Origin: Octopus bimaculoides
Taxonomy: Eukaryota
Direction of reading: 5' to 3'
Assembly: GCF_001194135.2 (NCBI RefSeq)
Contig: NC_069005.1
Coordinates: 21,429,013 to 21,493,012 of the forward strand
Length of the DNA stretch: 64,000 nucleotides
The notes beneath the pieces were generated by a model. That model searched no databases. It was not told the origin of the DNA and saw only the letters and a program-made list of their open reading frames with translations. The position numbers were made by a program, and so were the translations under genes. Shown here piece after piece: positions 48,310-61,033 of this stretch; position 1 is the stretch's first letter, and each line of letters starts with the position of its first letter.

Positions 48310-50606
48310 TTAATTCTGTACATCACACCTAACACTTTATATATATATATGTATATGTATATATTAAAAAAAAAAAAGAGGTGGAGAAAGAAAAAAATTC
48401 TAGTCATTAAAAAAAAAACATGCAGCAACAAAGCAAGCCAATCCTTATGGGATTGTCCGCCGCAGAACCTCGAGTATTATTGTCTTGGTTTGCTTCGTTT
48501 CTTTACTAGTTTTTTGGTTAAGTATTCTGACACTTATATAGCTTGCAGGGGCAATAACTCTGGTATTTCTAATTTGAGAAGGTTTCTTGTTATTTCTCCG
48601 TTTCTTTCACACGACTGTGCATCTCTATGGGTATTTATTTATATATTTATTTTCAATAATTAATTCATTTGTTGTGCAATGTAATTTATTCTTCAATATT
48701 TATTGTGTATATTATATATGCAGGCTCGGAAAAAAGTGCAATATAAATTTTGTATCATATTTATTTTACCCCGTTTATTCTGAACACTCTTCTTAACTGA
48801 AACTTCCATTTGCTAACTCCCTCAAAGATGCTGCACTTACTAAATCTCCACCGTCAAATTTATTTCAATCAAAAATCTAGGAGAAATATTTCAAATGAGA
48901 CATAATGCTTCAAGAATAAATAGAGAGTGGTTTTAACTTTATTTTCCCATCATTATTGTTTAACATTTTTTGTAATCATATTTCTGTGGAAATACACTGT
49001 TTGTTTTAATTACTTTTTAAAAGAATTAATAAATTAGTGAAATAATCTAGTCATTATTAAAGCTGGTTTTTTGAGACATAAATTAACATGATGGGAGGTT
49101 TCATTCAAAACATGAAGTTCATATCATAGAACCTGATGTAGTCTCAAACAGGTTTATTTCAAAAGGGTCAACTCCCTCATCAACCAGATTTATGATTAAA
49201 GACTCTTGCTCTGGGTGTGTGATTGAGAAGTCTACTTTGCAACCAGTCACTTGATCTTGGGTTCAGTGTCACAGCATATCTTGAGCAAGTATTTTCTATT
49301 ATAGCCTATTATGCTTTGTGATTGAAGCCGACAAAAACTGTGTGGAAGCCTACCACTTATGTTTGTGTATATATATGTATGTGTGTGTTTGCATGTACTT
49401 GTATGTATCTGTCACCATGTCTACCATTATGTTAACATACCACTTGATTGGCTTGTAGACTTGTAACTTAATGGTGCTGCAAATAGACATCACTGAGATT
49501 GAGTACTAGTCTTCAAAGCACTTACTGGGATAAATATGACTGACTCAAATAAATACACAAAGGACTACATTATCTAGTATGCCATTTCCTTAGTTACGAC
49601 AATTAGGACATAAATACACCAGTTGCTAATCAGTGATGGGGGACAAATACATGCACACACACACTCACAACGGGCTTCTTTTGGTTTCTGTCTACCAAAT
49701 TCACTTACAAAGCTTTAAGTGACCTGTAGAATATACTTGCTCAAGGTATCATGTAGTGGGATTGAACCCAGAGCCATGTGGCTGGGAAGCAAACTTCTTA
49801 CAACTCAGTCACACGTGCACGTTATATCCAGTTTTAGTATTAATTAATATTTTACTACTAATGATGGTTTATTTGACATGCAAGGCTACACATTTTATTA
49901 TTACATATGGGAACGAAACTGTTGGATTTTTTATTGACTTATAATTGGTTTTAATGGAAACAGGATTTCAATTGTTGCTAATGCAAATATGATTACAAAA
50001 CCGCCTTAAATTTCATTCAGTATTTTATATATATATATATATTATTCCCCTATTAAAGATACTTAGATCATGTACCTACCTAAGAAAACAATATCATTAT
50101 TTAATAATAAACCAATTTTTAAGTATTTCCGAAAGTGGCGGCTGAAGTTGGAGCATCTTTGTGGAGTTAGTATGTGACAAGTTATTGTATAATAAAAAAA
50201 AATTAAAAAACATTTCTCAGTATTGTTGTTGTAACAATGTTTTTTTTTTCTTTTCATCTGAAATATTATATGTAACAACATGTTGAATTAATTTAATAAG
50301 CTCTAATCAACAACACGTGTAATTACTTGTTTATTATTTCTTTTCTAACTTTGACAACAGTTTGTGGTGTTAACATAACCTGGACATTCAATTTTTTTTT
50401 TCTTTTGGTTTTCTCAGAACAAGGTTAATAAAAAGGAAATATTTAATAAATTACATTGTGTTGGGTTTTTTAATTTTTCTTAACTTAAAATTAACATATG
50501 CTATGGATTGATTTATTTTTTATTTTTGTTAGTTGCTTGGCTTTGGAAGAAAATTCTAGAGTCATTATTTTATTTGACCAACCATCCATGTTTTTGAACT
50601 GTCTGC

Positions 50607-50641
50607 TCAGTCTTCCGAGATGTGTTGGTGGCTGCTGACAT
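50607..50641 (-). CDS. Triplicated putative terminal exon, copy 1: (D)VSSHQHISED*
   Basis: Branch-like tatgac, acceptor tttgttttagtttttcag, TGA after 10 codons, AATAAA downstream. Confidence 0.35.
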
Positions 50642-50834
50642 CTGAAAAACTAAAACAAACCCTGACGTCATAACCTCTCGACACTGGACAATATTGTGGA
50701 GTTTCATCTTTTTCACACCACACCTATATCAGTAATTACAATGACATTATTACTGAAACAGGAAATTTGTGAATATAGAATACAATTACATATATTATAA
50801 CTAATGAAATATTTGGCATAATATATAAAAAATA

Positions 50835-51286
50835 TCGTGATGGCACCTGTACCAGTGGAGCACTAAGAGCACCGTTCGAGCGTGATCATTGCCAGAGCAT
50901 CTGTCTGGCTTCCGTGCCGGTGGCACGTAAATAGCACCATTTGAGCGTGATCGTTACCAGCGTCGCCTTCCTGGCACGTGAAAAGACATTCGTTCGAGCG
51001 AGGTCATTGTCAGTGCCGCTGGACTGGCTCCTGTGCAGGTGGCATTAAAATACACCATTTTGAGCGTGGCCGTTGCCAGTACCGCCTGATTGGCCTTCGT
51101 GCCAGTGGTACGTAAAAGCACCCACTACACTCTCGGAGTAGTTGGCATTAGGAAGGGCATCCAGCTGTAGAAACTCTGCCAAATCAGATTGGAGCCTGGT
51201 GTAGCCACCTGGTTCACCAGTCCTCAGTCAAATCATCCAACCCATGCTAGCATGGAAAGCGGACGTTAAACGATGATGATGATAAT
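50835..51286 (+). mobile_element. RTE-tail short element inserted between tandem units
   Basis: Reverse complement of 1108-1545; ends in (GAT)n. Confidence 0.85.
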
Positions 51287-51449
51287 GAGTTCAAAATTAG
51301 TGCCTTTTCAACAATTTATTTTCTAACTCTTTAGTTCACTTGTACGAAAGATGTCAACTCTCTATTTTTTGTTAATTGCATAACCTTGGGAGAACATTCT
51401 GAAATCGTTATTTTATTTGACCAGCCTCCCATGTTTTTAAACTGTCAGC

Positions 51450-51484
51450 TCAATCTCCTGTGGTGTGTTGGTGGCTACTGACAT
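51450..51484 (-). CDS. Triplicated putative terminal exon, copy 2: (D)VSSHQHTTGD*
   Basis: Same acceptor, same stop position and an AATAAA as in copy 1. Confidence 0.35.
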
Positions 51485-51604
51485 CTGAAAAACTAAAACA
51501 AACTCTGCCATCATAACCTCTCGACGCTGGATGATCCCATTTTCATGACACACCTATATCAGTAGATATAACATGAAATTAGTGGATGTAGAATACAATT
51601 ACGT

Positions 51605-51982
51605 ATGGCTGTGGGGTAAGTAGCTTGCTTACCAACCACTTGGTTCTGGGTTCAGTCCCACTGCGTGGCACCTTGGGCAAGTGTCTTCTACTATAGCCTC
51701 GGGCTGACCAAAGCCTTGTGAGTGGATTTGGTAGACAGAAACTGAAAGAAGCCCGTCGTATATATGTATATATATGTGTGTTTGTGTGTCTGTGTTTGTC
51801 CCCCCATCATCGCTTGAAAACCGATGCTGGTGTGTTTACGTCCCCGTAACTTAGCGGTTCGGCAAAAAGAGACTGATAGAATAAGTACTAGGCTTACAAA
51901 GAATAAGTCCTTGGGGTCGATTTGCTCGACTAAAGGCGGTGCTCCAGCATGGCCAGTCAAATGACTGAAACAAGTAAAAGAA
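51605..51982 (+). mobile_element. Family-A SINE inserted in tandem unit 2
   Basis: Matches 9319-9719; the unit sequence resumes after it. Confidence 0.9.
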
Positions 51983-52192
51983 AGATTATAACTAATGAAA
52001 TATTTCACATAATATATAAAAGAATTAGTTGAAAATCGGTGCCTTTTCAACAATTTATTTTCCAACTGTTTAGTTCACTTGTGGGAAAAAAGTCAAATCA
52101 CTGTTTTTTTTTTGTTAATTGCATGGCTTTGGGAGAACATTCTGGAGTCATTATTTTATATGACCAGACTCCTGTTTTTTTAAACTCTCTGC

Positions 52193-52227
52193 TCAGTCTT
52201 GTGAGATGTGTTGTTGCCTGCTGACAT
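52193..52227 (-). CDS. Triplicated putative terminal exon, copy 3: (D)VSRQQHISQD*
   Basis: Acceptor ttgtttttgttcttcag, same stop position, AATAAA downstream. Confidence 0.35.
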
Positions 52228-53425
52228 CTGAAGAACAAAAACAAGCATTGACGTCATAACTTCTCGACACTGGATGACCCTGTAGAGTTTCATCTTTTTC
52301 ACACCACACCTATATCAGTAATTACAATGACATTGTTGCTGAAACAGGAAATTAGTGAATATAGAATACAATAACGTATATTATGACTAATGAAATATTT
52401 TTCGTAGTATAAAAGTAATGTGTTAAAAATTGTTTGATTTATATTACGGCACAAGGGCAAAAACTTAATTTTGGTAAAGAAAACATCAGCTTATACAATA
52501 TCAATCTCGTTCAGCTCAATTGTTTCCCTTTGACAATGTAACAGTATGACTTCTGCGTGTTTGTGTGTATATATTTGTGAGTGTGTGTATATATTTGTAT
52601 GTGTGTGTAAATGTGTATGTTCGTTTTCTTGTCGTGTTTTCTGTTCGCCACTATATCCCTCCGTGTTACAAATTTAATTTGTTTTTTCTCTTGGAAGAGC
52701 CATTTTAACAATGCGTCCTGCCCTAACTCTTTGAAACGCTTAGTTTTAGAATGGTGGCAGCTGATGAAGGAAATGTTCTCTATGTGGCCTGTGTGTTTTC
52801 TGTGCTCTGTTTCTCATTTTGCCCACGTTTTCCTGTGACGTCCTGTACCCAGATATGCATCTATATATACATGTAGATGTAGGTATGTACATACATGTAC
52901 GTATATATGCATATACTCACATATTATTTGTATTATATATATATATATGCACATGAGTCATCTAAGAGACCATAAGTCATGGAAATGATGCAGTACTGTT
53001 AGTGGAGTGGGTATATTATCCCAAAAGTATAGTATTAAATATCTGTCACAGCTGATCTTACCAATCGGTTTCAAGTAAAGAATACAATGGATGTGCTAAT
53101 CCACCTCCGACAACAGAGAACAGTCACCATATTTACCTTCTGTATAGGCTGACTCTGATGAGCGTAAAGTTATATAATTGGATTATTACCTAACACTCCA
53201 TTGTATTCTTTATGCGAAACTGATTGGTAAAATCAGCTGTGATGGATATTTGATACTATACTTTTTGGATAATATATTCTGTTACTTGTTTCAGTCATTT
53301 GACTGCGGCCATGCTGGAGCACTGCCTTCAGTCAAACAAATTGACCCCAGGACTTATTCTTTGTAAGCCTAGTACTTAATCTATCGGTATCTTTTGCCGA
53401 ACCGCTAAATTATGGGGAGAGAGAT

Positions 53426-53459
<34 letters not shown>

Positions 53460-53920
53460 TGTACAAGCCATGTACCAAGATGCTACCAGTAAGGGGAGGA
53501 CTGATAATGAGTACAGCGAAGTAATATTTTCCCATGGCCAGACATGTTTCTGTGGGAGACTGGAAACAAAGGACAACTACCATGTGAAGTCAAGGCCAGG
53601 AGGCAGTAACACACACACACACACCATCATCATCATTTAACATTCCATTCTGGCAAATACACATATATAAAAATCATCAAGCCAAGTGAGATCATAATTG
53701 TGACTGATGACTGTGCCACATAATTAGCACCCATGCTGGTGGCACGTAAACAGCACCCACTACACCCTTGGAGTGGTTGGCATTAGGAAGCCAATGCCAA
53801 ATCAGACTGGAGTCTGATGCAGCCTTCTAGCTTAGCAGTTTCAGTCAAACCAGCTAATCCATACCAGCATGGAAAGCAGACATTAAATGATGATGATATA
53901 CATATAAATATACATATATA

Positions 53921-54157
53921 CAGGGTGGCCCCCAAAAGTAGGTTTACAGTTATTCAACTATCTCTTTCTCATTCATATATTAACAGTTTAGATCTTAATT
54001 ATAAAAAAATATGAAACCATTATTCTATGCTAATTTAGTTAATTTTGTCAAGCTCCCTTTTCAGTTTGTAAGATAGAAATTTAAATGTAATAAAATGTTT
54101 TGAAAGAAATTTAAAGTGCCTACATGATAACTGTAAACCTACTTTTGGGCCACCCTG
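53921..54157. mobile_element. Tc1/mariner MITE
   Basis: TIR cagggtggcccccaaaagtaggtttacagtt / aactgtaaacctacttttgggccaccctg with TA flanks. Confidence 0.9.
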
Positions 54158-54389
54158 TATATAAATATATCATCATCATCATCGTTTAACGTCCGCTTTC
54201 CATGCTAGCATGGGTTGGACGATTTGACTGAGGACTGGTGAAACCAGATGGCTACACCAGGCTCCAATCTGATTTGGCAGATATATATATATATATATAC
54301 GCATGCACACACACACAGACACACATGCGTGTATGTATATATACATATATATATTCGCCATGATAGATCGCTGACCACTACACATATTT

Positions 54390-54530
54390 TTTTTCTCTCC
54401 TTGTTTCTTTCTGTGGAAGAGCATAGGCTCAAAACGTTAAAGACTTTCTCTATTCCTGAGCGTTATACTAATATATCCATTTGTTGTTTACACCACCTGT
54501 CTTTGTCTGTCGTTTTTTCGTGAATTCTCC
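54390..54530 (+). mobile_element. Second copy of the 5.8-kb repeat family
   Basis: Shares ...gaagagc.tag.ctc.aaacgttaaagactttct...tacaccacctgtc...aattctccc with 5820-5950. Confidence 0.5.
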
Positions 54531-56039
54531 CATTCATAATATGACAAGCTTCTTTTAGTTTCCATCTACCAAATTCATTCACACGGTTGGCCCAGTGCTA
54601 CAGTAGAAGTCCCCTGCCCAAGGTGCCATGCAATCAGACATAACCCAGAACCATGCTTCTTACCACACATCCATGCCTGTGTGTAAAAGAAGAAAGATGA
54701 GATATGGCATGGTTAGAACACACTTGAGCATAGGTCAACCCAATCATGCTTGGCCTGGAGCTAAACAGAAATAACTAGGCCTAATCTTATGTGCTCCAGG
54801 ACAGCTCCAATAAAGTAGTCAGACCTATAGCCAAAGACTATTCCATTCCATCTTTTCTTTTAGAATAGTATGTTTTGGACGAAATTATCAAATGTGCACT
54901 TTTATGAAATAGTATAGTGTTGTTTGAGGGAGATTTGGCTGCTATTTCTAGCATTTCCATATGAAGTTATAACACTGTATAGCACGATTTTTGTCCTTGG
55001 GTAGCAACTGTTATTTCTTATTTACTTACCTTTAGAAAGTGAAAAATGGCTATTTACTTCAAACTTTGCTTTTCTTACATTTATTCAAACCCCCAAAGAA
55101 TCCCTCTCAACACATGGCTATGATATGCTCCCCTTCTACTCCTGCTCATCAGAGATGCACACATCAGCCACTAATGGACATGCTCAAGTGGTCACAGGTT
55201 AAGCAACTGGCAAGCAAATCTGTGCTATTGAGCAGGATATTTGCTATAATGATATTTCTGCTTCAGCAACTCACCACTGAATGTCCGAATAATTATCATT
55301 TCCTTTGATTTGTAGACAGCAGCAAATAGGAAATAACAGTTACTGACCAAAGACAAAAAAATTTTTTTTAATTTTGTTACAGTGTAGGGAATGATCTCAC
55401 ATTTAATGTTATATTTTCAAAAAACAGAATAGTTTATTCTTTCAAGTACTTTTGACCTCTTATCCAGTTTTGAGGGATATTAATGGTGCAGGTAAGACAT
55501 GTTTGTTTTGTAACCATGTAGTTCTATATCCATTCTAATTGCTTGGAACATTGGGCATGTCCCTTTTATTACACTTTCAGAAAGACAGCATCTCAGTTTG
55601 TCACAGGTAAAATTATCTCACTTGAAGAGCCACAGCACACTAATAAAGATATTCAATTTGACAGTTCAGCTGTCGTTTACAATGATGAATTCTATTCCAG
55701 TTTCTGCTAGTCTTACAGAACTAGGGCAAAAACGTAAAGTTGGTAAGGAATACATCAAGCTACATAACGGTTCTAAAAGCTCAATTATCTCCCTTTGACA
55801 ATGTGAAGGAATGACTTCTGCGTGCATGTCTATATAGATGAGCGCGCGCGCAAAAACGTGTGTGTATATATTCTTTTACTTGCATTATCTCATAGCTCCT
55901 GATATTTTGAAGATGTGATTTTGTTTTTTTTTCTTCTTAGAATGACATTGTAGGGTGTGTGACTGGTCAGTTTGAACATAAAACAGGTAGAATATTTGGG
56001 CTTGATATGGCCGGTTTTAAATGCTTAAAGGTTTAAGTT

Positions 56040-56300
56040 TAGTAAAGTATTGTAGACAGCCTCGATCAGGAGAAATCTGATGCACAGAATGTCAGCCCAC
56101 CTGAGGATCTGACCAAGTGTTCTTCTGCTGTATATTGTCCCAGCTTGCCCAGGCTCCTTGTTGGTTGTGTTTCACTATCCTGTTAGCCATTGTTTCCACT
56201 ACACCTAGGAAGATTTCTTCTTGGTAGAGATGGTATCATTCGTTTTCTTTGGTGCTTCTAATCTGGTCACACATCATCTAATTTCTCTAACAAGAATTTC
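56040..56300 (-). mobile_element. HERO-like (R2 group) LINE fragment
   Basis: QQGAWASWDNIQQKNTWSD resembles the QGAWxxW...ITWSDLW motif of HERO elements. Confidence 0.55.
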
Positions 56301-56412
56301 TAATTGGAAATTCCTTACATGTCTATCTAACATGTAAAACTTTGTAATTACTATGAGCAAATGAAACATATGTAATGATAAATAATACCAAAAATTTCCT
56401 GTTTTGTTACAG

Positions 56413-56471
56413 GCACGGCTGTGTGAGAAGATGGAACCAGTGGCCAGGAAGCTAGGAGTGTTTGACACCAG
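56413..56471 (+). CDS. Candidate internal exon, unidentified
   Basis: Acceptor cctgttttgttacag and donor gtaagt; only phase 0 is open: ARLCEKMEPVARKLGVFDT. It lies beside a HERO LINE fragment, so it may be TE-derived. Confidence 0.3.
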
Positions 56472-58172
56472 GTAAGTGGGAGCCAAAAACAAGGGAAAGA
56501 AAAAGCAAGGGGTCCACCCTGGTGGTCGGATGCCTATCCTTCAGGAAAGCCATTACAAATTGCATCTGTAATGAGCATTGCTTCAATCGAACATTGTAAA
56601 TATAATCCAATTTTTATTGTGTATTTAAAATTGTAAATATTTCATCGATACAGCTTCTTCACCCCTTTTATGTTTGTCTGTCCTTGTTCGTCCCCTCTTT
56701 GTAATGCCTTAAGCTTGCTTCCCAACAACATGGTTCCGGGTTCAGTCCCACTGCGTGGCACCTTGGGTAAGTGTCCTTTACTATAACCTCGGGCCGACCA
56801 AAGCCTTGTGAGTGGATTTGGTAGATGGGAACTGAAAGAAGCCTGTCATGTGTGTTTTTATGTGTCGTAGCGCTTTGGCAAAACAGACCAACTAGGCTTA
56901 CAAAGAATAAGTCCTGGGTCGATTTCTGCGACTAAAAACCCCTTTAAGGTGGTGCTCCAGCTTGGCCGCAGTTAAATGACAAACAAGACCTACTAACTTA
57001 CCTACCTACACACACACAGGTCGCACTAATTTATGATCAGAAATAAAACCATCCAGTGTCCGCCAGGCTAGTTAACTGTTACAGTACACTATTAATGAAC
57101 TTGTATAATTTATACTTATGTACAGTTTCTTGTATTTCATTTAATAATTTAAGGAAATTTAATATTTGTTTAATTTAGAGTGTAACCACCCCTGGTTTGG
57201 TAAAAATCAATAATCTGGAATGGCTTTGGAACAAAAGGTTTCAGAAAATCCATGTTGTACCTATATATACTTGAGAATATTCTATTTTATATATCCCCTT
57301 TATTAACCAATAAGTGTTTTTTTCTGATTCGCTGATTTCTAGAAAATACCTCTCTCTATATTATATACATATGTTAGTGCTTGTGTGTATAGATAGGTAA
57401 ATAGATAGCTAGAAAGATAGGTAGATAGATAGATAGATAGAAGATATGTAGAACCACTTGTTTATGGCCACATATATACAACTCACAAAAAACATAATAC
57501 GTACATATGTACGAACGTTTGTATATATCCGTGTAAATTCGGATATTCAAATTTCTAAATACATTTTAAAATTAAATATGAACCCACAACACTTCCCGTG
57601 AAGTACCTCAAGTATGAATGAACCTAGTGGTTAATTCTACCAGAAACACATCGAGTCGTAAAAGACTTGTTTCACGTAATTTAAATATTTTATTTACCGT
57701 ATTGGATTGTCCGAACATTCCAGATACAGGACAGCCGGAATTATATTCGCCCACGCATCCATACACAATTCTCGATATTAAGATTAATCAAGAATTTTGT
57801 ACTTCGTGGCGCAAACATTGACGAATTACGTTCACTTCTGGGATGCGGTTAACAAAAAAAAAAAAAAAAAANNNNNNNNNNNNNNNNNNNNNNNNNNNNN
57901 NNNNNNNNNNNNNNNNNNNNNNNNNNNNNNNNNNNNNNNNNNNNNNNNNNNNNNNNNNNNNNNNNNNNNNNNNNNNNNNNNNNNNNNNNNNNNNNNNNNN
58001 NNNNNNNNNNNNNNNNNNNNNNNNNNNNNNNNNNNNNNNNNNNNNNNNNNNNNNNNNNNNNNNNNNNNNNNNNNNNNNNNNNNNNNNNNNNNNNNNNNNN
58101 NNNNNNNNNNNNNNNNNNNNNNNNNNNNNNNNNNNNNNNNNNNNNNNNNNNNNNNNNNNNNNNNNNNNNNNN

Positions 58173-58205
<33 letters not shown>

Positions 58206-58335
58206 GCACAATTTTGTCTTAAAGTGACGAAAATATTTTGGCAAATTAAATTTAAATGTTGAAGTGAATCTAACGGTTTTTGTGTTTTTTAAATGGCTTA
58301 TAAACGCCTTCCACGCTGCAATTGTTTATACACAT

Positions 58336-58586
58336 AACATAATTAAGGAATCAGCAACAGTTGCTTCCCCACATACCGAAATAGCAGTTAAAGTGTCAAA
58401 ACTCCAACAGATAGCAATACTTGTAACTCACAAAGGCAAGTCTAAGACTGGTTAGTTTCGTTGTTTTTCTTCTTGTTTTGCCTTTGTGAGTTACAAGTAT
58501 TGCTATCTATTGGAGTTTTAGCACTTTAACTGCTATTTCTGAATTTCGGTATGTGAAGCAACTGTTGCTGATCCCTTAATTATGTT
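58336..58586. repeat. Long inverted repeat (about 105-bp arms, 38-bp spacer)
   Basis: 58336-58439 pairs with 58478-58586. Confidence 0.9.
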
Positions 58587-59175
58587 TATAAATTTAAAGT
58601 TCTTTACCGATAATGGTTTTTACATACTGAAGTACTTGGTAAAAATTATTAAATAATCCTTTACCCTTTTATACACAATATATATACATACACGCGCTCT
58701 CATAAATATAGACACAAGATTTAATCCAAAGGTACATTGGAGATAAAAGCAGTAATGTGTGCATGTAATTGAGATGTATGGTAGTCTAATATAGTGTACA
58801 TTATATACATTAATCAGGGAGAAAGTAGAATTATGTATTATATACACGTATCTATATAGAAGTGCGTATATACTTTATACACACATTCACTCCTTATTTT
58901 CCTTGTATGAAACACGTGAATACTAAAATTAAAGCGAGGGGGGTGCATTTACCTTTCCCATGAAGTGTGGGGACTTCGAGAGACAGTTTTACAAATACGG
59001 GAACGGTTTCAATTTATCAGTTAATCTATTAAGACACTAAGAGAATCGTATTAGTGGCATTTAAAATTGATTTAATTCCTCCTAACATAAATGTGTGATT
59101 AAAAAACAATTGTTGCTTTCGATTTAAAGAGTCGCCTAGTTTAATACCACCACGATCCTGTTCTGAAGCGGTTTG

Positions 59176-59312
59176 GGTAAATTTTCAGATTAACACCCAC
59201 ACGATTTACACTAGGGTGTTAGGGTTTAGTGTTTTAGAATTAGGGTTAGGGACGGAATTCCCATCCTAACACCCTAGTGAAAACCGTGCGGGTGTTAATC
59301 TGAAAATTTACC
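59176..59312. mobile_element. 137-bp MITE with GG termini (Merlin-like), carrying TTAGGG repeats
   Basis: About 48-bp TIRs ggtaaattttcagattaacacc.../...ggtgttaatctgaaaatttacc; TSD gcggtttg / gcggttta. Confidence 0.7.
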
Positions 59313-60099
59313 GCGGTTTAACTGCCTTTGAGTGAAGTCCTCTATGAGGTTAATTCTCGTCAACCAGTCGTCGGTGACTGCAAAAGTAAAAGGGCCATTA
59401 ATTATAGATAAAAAACAGCCATGTTATAAAAGAAATTCCGACTTCGTTTTGTCACTCAGTGTCAGGCAGCCTTTAAAAAAATGCAAATTTGTATTAAGTG
59501 GCATTTAAAATTGATTTAATTCCTCTTAATATAAAATGTGTGATTAAAAAACAATTGCTTTCGATTTAAAGAGTCGCCTAGTTTAATACCACCACAATCT
59601 GTGTTAGGCAGCCTTAAAAAAAAATGAAAATTTGTATTAATTTTGGGACATAAAAGAAAATGAAAGGATAACACATGCAAACGATGCTAAGATAACATGG
59701 GAAAAATAAATATAATGCAACAAATGAAAAGAATAATTAAATTTCGGTGTAGGAAAGATACAATGAAGAAACAAATGTCGCTAACACCATTTTCCCCTAC
59801 TGCTAACGTGTAACAATAGGGATTTCAATATGGATTAGCAATTTTAATGTAGTATGGCAAAAAAATAGGCATCTAAACCTCACAACTATGTCCATTGATA
59901 AAAGTTAAGGTGCGTTGGCTTGGAGCAAACTCCTCACTGTCGCGACTCGAAACATTCTACCAACGAAAGAAGCAAAATATTAGATCCTCCATACAAAGAG
60001 AACTGAGAAAGCACCAGAAAGGCTGTTTTTTTGGTTATTGTTGAAAACGATCCCCGAAAAACAACATTTACAACCAAAAGCATACAATTTCGAGAAATG

Positions 60100-60280
60100 C
60101 ATGCCTGGCGGGTTGGTTAGGGTTAGACGGCGGATGCCAGCGACATCCGCCCGGAACGGTGGACACTCAGCCTCTGATATAACATCACCACTGTCTCTAG
60201 ATTATAAAGATGTCATTCAGTATTTTGGCCAATCAAACGGCAGATTGGTTACAAATTTAAACCAATCAACAGCTTTTGTT
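60100..60280. promoter_or_regulatory. CCAAT-box (NF-Y type) promoter-like region
   Basis: CCAAT at 60229, ATTGG at 60244 and CCAAT at 60262, in a CpG-rich segment that includes GGCGG and CCGCCC GC-box-like motifs. Confidence 0.5.
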
Positions 60281-61033
60281 TGTGAAGATGGATCGTCTGC
60301 TGAAATCGCAGTGTTATATTTAACGAATGATAAACGAAAAAAAATTTTTTAAATAAAACCAAAGGCTCTTTCATTGAAATTTCACAATAAAATTTCAGTG
60401 ACATCAATTATGTCTTGTTTTTTAAAATCATATAATAATATAATGTCTTTCACATGACGTCGTGTATCTTTATGTAATATTAATTAAAATGGCTAATTTT
60501 ATACAGTGACGGAAATGCGGGGGATGGGGTCACGAGTGTCCAGCGAATGTAAATCATCATTTTTTAATTTTTTTTCTTGTTTATAAATAAATATTTAATA
60601 AATGCATTGATGGAAATGTTTTGTTAATTCTCATTAGTTAAGTTTCTTCCAATTAAAATTAACTTATTTGATATAATTATACGTATGGTACAGACCGGAC
60701 AGATATATCACGAGTGTTTCCTCAGAGAAGAAAACATTTCCATCATTGATTTTTATGTAATTATTTTCTCGTAGATGCCTTTTCTCTCTGATAGAAGACT
60801 ACAAGCAATGGTACATATACGCACATCCTATGAAACCAATTTTAGCAATATTCTCCTTTTTACAATCAACAATGTTAACCCGCAGCTGCTGTTAGAGTAA
60901 TATTACGTCTCTGTTACATCAGCTAATTCAAAGAATTAAATTAAAAATTAAATATGTAATCACTTCTTTCCTGGTTTAAAAACGTTTGTGCACCACCATA
61001 TTGTGTGTGTGAGCTACATTTACTCTATTTTTT

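Noticed and set aside
48400-48540. TM-like frame AATKQANPYGIVRRRTSSIIVLVCFVSLLVFWLSILTLI*
   Set aside because: No in-frame ATG or pyrimidine-tract acceptor; T-rich sequence produces hydrophobic codons by chance.
53056-53210. Peptide EYNGCANPPPTTENSHHIYLLYRL resembling a PEBP motif
   Set aside because: In-frame TGA just upstream, no good acceptor in that frame, and no other PEBP exons found.
55581-55830. Apparent + exon with a gtaagg donor
   Set aside because: Its 3' half is a dispersed repeat also present at 52440-52560, and the only open frame looks unprotein-like.
60038-60352. 104-aa ORF
   Set aside because: TTG start, overlaps the CCAAT promoter and has no recognisable domain.
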